DNA of 64,000 nt from a cyanobacterium endosymbiont of Rhopalodia gibba (lineage in GTDB: Bacteria > Cyanobacteriota > Cyanobacteriia > Cyanobacteriales > Microcystaceae). The stretch is taken from positions 1,728,001 to 1,792,000 of the forward strand of contig CP067995.1 of assembly GCA_045159875.1 (NCBI GenBank), in the 5' to 3' direction. Positions within the stretch are counted from its first letter, which is position 1, and each line of letters starts with the position of its first letter. The notes under the pieces are model-generated. The model worked only from the letters and a program-made list of their open reading frames with translations. It was not told the DNA's origin and searched no databases. The position numbers and the translations under genes are program-made. Of the stretch, positions 57,664 through 64,000 are shown piece after piece.

Positions 57664-58179
57664 AGAAAACGACGTTTAGAATCTTCTTTCTAGAATATCG
57701 GGATTTAAAAATGATAGCAGGGAGTTATAGAGTCATTAAGTCGTTTTTATAAAAAAGGATTATTTGTTACAATGTGAGTATATCAAAATACAACTCAGAT
57801 ATTGATAAAAAAAAGATCATCCAAATCTCTAATAAAGATCATATACAACATCACAAAGTACTTCTGTAAGAGCAAGACAAAATTTTAATTTTAAATCTAC
57901 CACATCAGATTTCAATGAGATGTTGCTCCTAGGAGCAATTTACTACTTTCCCTTCTCTTAAGTTTCTATCGAAGTCACGTTTTTAGAAAGTATTCTCTAT
58001 CGCTACCCAAGATACTTATTCTATCTACTGTTATTTGGTAAAAGTTAAACCTGAATTTTCTTCTTTTCTTCGCCTCTGTCGAACACTCTCCAAAGCCAAA
58101 CCAATTTTTGAGTTTACTGGGTAAGTCTTAAAGAAGCAAGATATAATTTGTTACAAAACAGATTAGAGAAGATTTTGTA

Positions 58180-58494
58180 ATGAGTAACCCCGTCCTTCAT
58201 GCCTTTTTCCTAGGCCGAGCTTTTGCTGAAGTCCTGAGCGAGAAAATAGAAGAGAACTTTACTAGTGTCCTGAGCGAATTGGGTAGATTTGACGCAGAAC
58301 AACGCGAACGACTGCGGCAGTTTATCGAAGAAGTAGAAACAAGGGCTCAAGTCAATGTTGCTCCAGGAGACACTGTCAACACTACTCCCAGTGAGGATTT
58401 TCCTATCGATTTACAAGAGACGATAGACAATTTACGTGCTGAAATTGCTCGTCTTAAAGCGGAATTAAAAATTTATCGCGCCCAAAAAACATAA
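58180..58494 (+). CDS. conserved hypothetical protein (first gene of the ABC1-kinase/PP2C operon)
   Basis: [19 protein letters not shown]...[16 protein letters not shown]. Confidence 0.85.
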   Translation: MSNPVLHAFFLGRAFAEVLSEKIEENFTSVLSELGRFDAEQRERLRQFIEEVETRAQVNVAPGDTVNTTPSEDFPIDLQETIDNLRAEIARLKAELKIYRAQKT

Positions 58495-58561
58495 TTATTT
58501 CTTTAATTACTCTTATTTTCTCCTCCTATCAACCTAAGTTACTCTCAGACCTAAAAATCGA

Positions 58562-60313
58562 GTGTCTCCTCTGTCCTTTAATGTCAACCGTTCCTATTCC
58601 ACAAAAACTACTTTAGTCTCTAATTACGTGACCAAATTGGAAAATAACCCAAAATTCCGTTGGAATCAGGATAAATACTCTATTAATCGCCGCCGCCTGG
58701 ACATTTGGTGGTTCGTGTTGACCTTACTTACCCAATTTTGGCTCAATGGTAAAAAATGGAGCTATCGAGGGGGCTATAGCGAAGAAAAAGAAACCGCCCG
58801 ACGGCAAAGACAAGCGGTGTGGATTAGAGAAAATTTACTCAATCTCGGACCAACTTTTATTAAAATAGGTCAATTGTTCTCTACTCGTGCCGATTTATTC
58901 TCCGCCGAATATATTGCGGAACTGTCGAAACTTCAAGATAAAGTTCCGGCTTTCGCCTACGAAAAAGTTACAGCTATTATTGAAAGGGATTTTAGGAAAT
59001 CCCTTCCTGAACTGTTCCATGATTTTGCTCCAATCCCTATTGCAGCAGCTAGTTTAGGTCAAGTCCATAAAGCTCAACTTCATTCAGGAGAAGAGGTAGT
59101 CGTTAAAGTTCAACGGCCAGGGTTAAAACAACTCTTTACTATTGACCTAGCGATTCTCAAACGCATTACCCACTATTTTCAAAACCATCCTCGTTTGAAG
59201 AAAGGACGAGACTGGACTGGAATCTATGAAGAATGCTGCCGTATTCTTTGGTTAGAAACTGATTACCTTAATGAAGGACAAAATGCCGATACCTTTCGTC
59301 GTAATTTTCGTGACGAGGATTGGGTTAAAGTCCCTCGAATTTACTGGCGTTACACTTCCCCGTGTGTCTTAACTCTTGAATATATACCGGGAATTAAAAT
59401 TAGCCATTATGAAGAACTCGAAGCAGCCGGATTAAATCGTAAAATCTTGGCTAGACTAGGAGCAAAAGCTTATTTATACCAATTGCTTAACAGTGGATTT
59501 TTCCATGCCGATCCCCACCCGGGAAATATTGCTGTAAGTACGGATGGAGCCTTAATTTTTTATGATTTTGGCATGATGGGACGTATTAATGCCAACGTCC
59601 GTGAGAAGTTAATGGATGCCTTGTTTGGCATTGCTCAAAAAGATGCTGCTCGAGTAGTCTCGTCTTTAGTAGCTCTCGATACCTTAAGTCCTGCAGACGA
59701 TATGGGTCCAGTGCGTCGTTCCGTTCAATTCATGCTCGATAATTTTATGGACAAACCTTTTGAGGAACAGTCAATTAGTCAAATTAGTGATGATTTGTAT
59801 GAACTTATCTATAATCAACCCTTCCGCTTTCCAGCAACTTTTACCTTTGTTATACGTGCATTTTTAACAATAGAAGGGATAGGAAAAGGGTTAGATCCAG
59901 ACTTTAATTTCATGGAGGTGGCACAGCCGTTTGCCATGGAACTTATGACTGATATTAATGGAAATAGCGAAACTAACATTTTCAATGAATTAAGACGACA
60001 AGCGATTCAAGTGAGCAATACAGCGTTAGGATTACCGCGACAAATTGACGATACAATGAAAAAGTTGGATCGCGGTGATATTCGCGTAAGAGTACGCTCA
60101 GTTGAATCTGATCGTCTATTGCGTCGCTTAGGTATGATACAGATGGGAACTAACTATACTATTCTCATCAGTGCTTTAGTCATATCTGCAGCTCTTTTAT
60201 TTGTCAACGGTTCGCTTCTTTTGGCAATAGCCACTATCATAATGGCATTAGTCCCAGCGTGGGCTTTATTTCGCTTGCTGCGTCGTCTTGATAGCCGCGA
60301 CTTGATGTTCTAG
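58562..60313 (+). CDS. AarF/ABC1/UbiB family atypical kinase (SpkI-like)
   Basis: LGPTFIKIGQ, AAASLGQVH, VKVQRPG, HADPHPGN, DFGMMG. Confidence 0.93.
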   Translation: MSPLSFNVNRSYSTKTTLVSNYVTKLENNPKFRWNQDKYSINRRRLDIWWFVLTLLTQFWLNGKKWSYRGGYSEEKETARRQRQAVWIRENLLNLGPTFIKIGQLFSTRADLFSAEYIAELSKLQDKVPAFAYEKVTAIIERDFRKSLPELFHDFAPIPIAAASLGQVHKAQLHSGEEVVVKVQRPGLKQLFTIDLAILKRITHYFQNHPRLKKGRDWTGIYEECCRILWLETDYLNEGQNADTFRRNFRDEDWVKVPRIYWRYTSPCVLTLEYIPGIKISHYEELEAAGLNRKILARLGAKAYLYQLLNSGFFHADPHPGNIAVSTDGALIFYDFGMMGRINANVREKLMDALFGIAQKDAARVVSSLVALDTLSPADDMGPVRRSVQFMLDNFMDKPFEEQSISQISDDLYELIYNQPFRFPATFTFVIRAFLTIEGIGKGLDPDFNFMEVAQPFAMELMTDINGNSETNIFNELRRQAIQVSNTALGLPRQIDDTMKKLDRGDIRVRVRSVESDRLLRRLGMIQMGTNYTILISALVISAALLFVNGSLLLAIATIIMALVPAWALFRLLRRLDSRDLMF

Positions 60314-60358
60314 TTCTTCTTTATCACTATTGTAAATTGTTTAGTAGTTAACTCACCA

Positions 60359-61144
60359 ATGATAAATCGTAGCTTCACGGGTCTAACTGATACAGGCGTT
60401 GTGCGATCAGTTAACCAAGATAATTTCTACATCGACCCTGGAGGACGATTTTTTATTGTAGCTGACGGCATGGGAGGCCATGCTGGAGGAGAAGAAGCAA
60501 GCCTAATTGCTACTCGAGAGATTCAAGCATATCTTGAGACTCACTGGAAATCTGATATTCCTTCTCGTATTCTCCTTGAAAAAGCTTTTTTACAAGCTAA
60601 TAAAGCAATTCTCATTGATCAACAAGATTATCCTGAACGGGGAGATATGGGAACAACAGCTTTGGTGATCATTTTCCGAAATGATCAGCCTTGGCGAGCT
60701 CATATTGGAGATTCTCGCCTTTATCGCTTCCGTGACATTGAGCTTGAGCAAATCACAGAGGATCATACTTGGATAGCAAAGGCATTGAAAATGGGTGATA
60801 TTACCCGAGAACAGGCTAAAACTCATCCTTGGCGACACATTCTTTTCCAATGTTTAGGACGTAAGGACGTTAATACCATTGAAATTGCCCATCTGGATGT
60901 TCAATCTGGCGATCGCTTATTGTTATGCAGTGATGGTTTAACCGAAGAGGTCTCTGATGAAACCATTCAGCAGCTTTTTAAACAACAAAGGTCTTGTGAA
61001 ATAGTAGCTCAAAATCTCGTAAAAATGGCTAAAGAAGCTGGGGGTTCGGATAATATTACAGTGGTTATTGTTGTTGAAGGGGGAGAAACTCAGAAAGTTC
61101 AAGAGGATAAACTTGATACTAGAGTTAATAAAACAGGTAGTTAA
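60359..61144 (+). CDS. pphA: PP2C-type Ser/Thr phosphatase (PphA-like)
   Basis: NQD, VADGMGGHAGG, MGTT, HIGDSR, LCSDGL, DNIT; gene order as in Synechocystis sll1769-sll1770-sll1771. Confidence 0.8.
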   Translation: MINRSFTGLTDTGVVRSVNQDNFYIDPGGRFFIVADGMGGHAGGEEASLIATREIQAYLETHWKSDIPSRILLEKAFLQANKAILIDQQDYPERGDMGTTALVIIFRNDQPWRAHIGDSRLYRFRDIELEQITEDHTWIAKALKMGDITREQAKTHPWRHILFQCLGRKDVNTIEIAHLDVQSGDRLLLCSDGLTEEVSDETIQQLFKQQRSCEIVAQNLVKMAKEAGGSDNITVVIVVEGGETQKVQEDKLDTRVNKTGS

Positions 61145-61199
61145 AATGAATTAGATTTAGCATAAATTACTGTTTCATAATTTCTTTTAGGCAATATCA

Positions 61200-61720
61200 G
61201 GGTAGTAATGATCAATTGTTTGTTTACGCTGTTAGTTGTTATTCTTATTTCTCAAAATCGATATAAACATAACCTCTTTGTCGAAAGGTTGAATAGTTTT
61301 TTCACTTTAGGTAAATTTATAGTCATTAAATTTTTTTTAAAAATTTTTAGGTTGTTTATAACTTTTGTCTAGATATTGTCTGGATATCATTTATAAATTC
61401 CGGCAAGTAGACAACTCTACATAAACATTTTTTGTGCTCCTATGTTCTAAGTGCAATTAAAGTTTAATTCTACACTGCTTCTATTGGTATTTTTTGAAGT
61501 AACTCTTTTTATTGAAACTTTTTTTATTGAAACTTTTTTCAACTGCATTAGTTGAATTATATTCAAATACCCCTCCGAAATTTTATAAGCTTTTGTTTAA
61601 TACTATTTCCCTCTATATTTTTTTTAAAACTTCTAGGAAAATCCTGCAATCTTTCTCTTTTTTAAGTAATTCATCCAGAAATTGTTTCTTTCATTATATT
61701 TTCTCAAAAATCTTACTTAT
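61200..61720 (-). mobile_element. probable highly degraded IS630-family relic
   Basis: ENIMKETISG*IT*KRERLQDFPRS resembles the NTVRKTIxRW..G.EGLW..PR segment of IS630 HTH domains. Confidence 0.35.
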
Positions 61721-61894
61721 TTAATCTGCAATATTGACATTTTTCACTCTTATAATTCTGTTAGCTGGGTTGTTAGGCAAGCTGGCATCTCGTAATTATT
61801 ACTTGTCTATCTTAAACTTATTTAAGTTCACTTACTAAAGTGTAAGACAAAAAATTACTAATTGCTATCTTTATTAATCCATTTCAGTATTTTT

Positions 61895-62398
61895 TTATTG
61901 ACTGTGATGTTGATCATCATTAACCAACTTAGATAAAGTTCTCTCAGTTACTCGACATATACGCCAATCAGGTAATATATCAGCACCCATTTTCTTGTAA
62001 AATTCAATAGCGAGACTATTCCAATCCAAAACACTCCACTCTAATCGTCCTGCTCCTCGTTTAACAGCTAATTGAGCTAAATAAATTAATAAGGATTTTC
62101 CAACTCCTTGACGACGATAATCAGGTAAGACAAATAAATCCTCGACATAAATTCCTGGCTTGGTTAAAAAAGTAGAATAGTTGGAAAAAAAGACAGAAAA
62201 CCCTACACATTGAGTTCCCCATTGTGCGACAATAGCTTCTATATAGGGTCTTTTTCCAAATAAATGTTCCCGCAACATCTCTACATCCCCTGTTACTTGA
62301 TAAGAGAGCTTTTCATATTCGGCCAAGGCTTGAATTAGCGAAAATAAGTCTACAACATCTGATGGTTGAGCAGAACGTATTCTGAGATCTTTGTTCAT
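61895..62398 (-). CDS. GNAT N-acetyltransferase (SSAT-like)
   Basis: ALAEYEKL, YSTFLTKPGIYVEDLFV, RRQGVGK, RLEWSVLDWN. Confidence 0.92.
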   Translation of the reverse strand: MNKDLRIRSAQPSDVVDLFSLIQALAEYEKLSYQVTGDVEMLREHLFGKRPYIEAIVAQWGTQCVGFSVFFSNYSTFLTKPGIYVEDLFVLPDYRRQGVGKSLLIYLAQLAVKRGAGRLEWSVLDWNSLAIEFYKKMGADILPDWRICRVTERTLSKLVNDDQHHSQ

Positions 62399-62512
62399 AA
62401 ATTTTATTTCAGGTGACAGTGAACAGCAGCGTTTCGAGACCTTTTTTGAGGTTAGCCTTAAGTGCTACTTTGTCCACGACAATCTACTAATTCACTGTCA
62501 ATTATTCAATAA

Positions 62513-63667
62513 CTAATGTAACCATCCTTTTAGACGACGAGCAACTTGGGGACGACGCAATTTCCGCATGGCTTTACTTTGAATCTGACGGACTCGTTCA
62601 CGGGATAAATTAAACATTCCCCCTACTTCTTCCAAGGTGTGGGGTTGACTAGTAGATAATCCATAGCGCAGGGAAATTACATCTTTTTCTCGTTCAGTAA
62701 GGACATCACTCAACACCGCCGATATTTCATAGCGTAACATTCCTTCACTCATTTGTTCTTCAGGAAGTTGTAGTTCTTGATCTTCAAGTAAGTCCACCAG
62801 TTCTGTATCCTCTCCTTTTCCTACGCGATGGTTCAACGAAAGGGATTGTCTGCGCAATTGAAGTAACTGGCGCAGTTGGGGCGGTGTCATTTCTAACTCC
62901 ATAGCTAATTCCTTTTCGTTAGGGTTTCGCTGCAAGTTCTGCTTCAAAACGCGCTGTGCTTTTTTGAGTTTGTTAAGCTTCTCAACAATGTGAATCGGTA
63001 AGCGAATCGTCCGTGCATCATTGGCAATAGTACGAGTAATAGCTTGACGAATCCACCAATAGGCATAGGTAGAAAACTTGTAGCCTTTATTTGGATCAAA
63101 TTTTTCCGCTGCCCGATTTAAGCCAATAGCTCCTTCTTGAATCAAATCTAGAAAAGGAACCCCCCGATTAAGGTACCGTTTTGCAATAGAAACTACTAAC
63201 CTTAAATTTGAGCGAATCATTTTTCGTTTGGCAGTGCGTCCTCGATAAAGACGACTTTCAAACTGCCGTTGTCCATCAAATCCCATCGCTGCGGCTAATT
63301 CCCCTTTGGTTGGAAAACGCTGCAGTTCTTCTTTAAGTTCTTGACGTTTTTCTTCAGTTTTAACTAAAAATTGAACATTTTGAGCTAATTCAACCTCTTC
63401 TTCGGGTTTTAGTAGCGGGTAGCGTGACATTTCTTTGAAAAATGCTCCAACAGTGTCATCTGAAACGGCTTTGCGGTATTCATCGGGGTGGTGATTGCCC
63501 AATTCATTAGATAAGGACGAGAACTCCACTTCAACTGCTTGAAAATCAGTATCAACTTCAACTGCTTGAAAATCAGTATCAACTTGACCAATATTATCTG
63601 GCTCAAAGACTTCTTGAGCTAATGGATCAGTTAAGGAATGGTCTTGGATCATTTGAGTCATGTTCAT
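62513..63667 (-). CDS. sigE: group 2 sigma factor SigE
   Basis: [61 protein letters not shown]. Confidence 0.9.
   Translation of the reverse strand: MNMTQMIQDHSLTDPLAQEVFEPDNIGQVDTDFQAVEVDTDFQAVEVEFSSLSNELGNHHPDEYRKAVSDDTVGAFFKEMSRYPLLKPEEEVELAQNVQFLVKTEEKRQELKEELQRFPTKGELAAAMGFDGQRQFESRLYRGRTAKRKMIRSNLRLVVSIAKRYLNRGVPFLDLIQEGAIGLNRAAEKFDPNKGYKFSTYAYWWIRQAITRTIANDARTIRLPIHIVEKLNKLKKAQRVLKQNLQRNPNEKELAMELEMTPPQLRQLLQLRRQSLSLNHRVGKGEDTELVDLLEDQELQLPEEQMSEGMLRYEISAVLSDVLTEREKDVISLRYGLSTSQPHTLEEVGGMFNLSRERVRQIQSKAMRKLRRPQVARRLKGWLH
63530..63586 (-). repeat. 27-nt in-frame tandem duplication in sigE
   Basis: TTCAACTGCTTGAAAATCAGTATCAAC x2 gives VDTDFQAVE x2. Confidence 0.92.
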
Positions 63668-64000
63668 AATTTATAAACAAATGAGAATGGGGTGTAAAAA
63701 GATCAATAAATTCGGGAACAATAGAGCTAGGTACAATGTCAAATATTCTGTAAAGCTGATCGTGACATCTAATGAAATTCGGAAAAAATATTTAAGATTG
63801 TCTTAAGTAATTGTCCCAGATAAACAGCTATCAAAATAAAGAAAAATTATGACACCTTAATGAATGAGGAAAAGGAGAAACTGAGTCATCGTATTTTCCA
63901 GTGGACTCCCATCTTAACCTTGTCAAGATTATTCCTTGCTGAAGGATCATGTCTACTAAACTACCAGAATTATTTGGGGTTTCTGTTTGTCTAATTACAA

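Noticed and set aside
61512..61724. 70-aa plus-strand ORF
   Set aside because: Low-complexity F/L/K-rich product of AT-rich DNA; the opposite strand better fits an IS relic
63668..64000. Searched for an NtcA box (GTA-N8-TAC) upstream of sigE
   Set aside because: No exact match seen within the window

Overview
This is a cyanobacterial chromosome segment (proteins of unicellular Chroococcales type: GgpS, SigE, CrtR, ChlI, PphA) that is undergoing genome reduction. About 35 intact housekeeping and metabolic genes alternate with recognisable pseudogenes (glgB paralog, acsF/chlAII, crcB, a FAD oxidoreductase, an SDR, EI24/CysZ-like, an HNH nuclease, a CBS protein), IS630-type transposase relics and kb-long very AT-rich deserts. 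The pattern best fits a reduced endosymbiont such as the spheroid body/diazoplast of rhopalodiacean diatoms; this is an inference, since no nif or photosystem genes lie in the window. The most notable items are: an apparently intact glutamine (glnA-motif) riboswitch upstream of an uncharacterised 76-aa membrane protein; many unrelated perfect palindromes in decayed DNA, one inside a former coding sequence; HIP1 sites eroded preferentially by C->T at the CpG; and selective retention of chlI, ecaA, crtR, ggpS-glpD and sigE. No rRNA, tRNA or CRISPR array was seen. All gene calls are from motif recognition by eye; no database searches were run.
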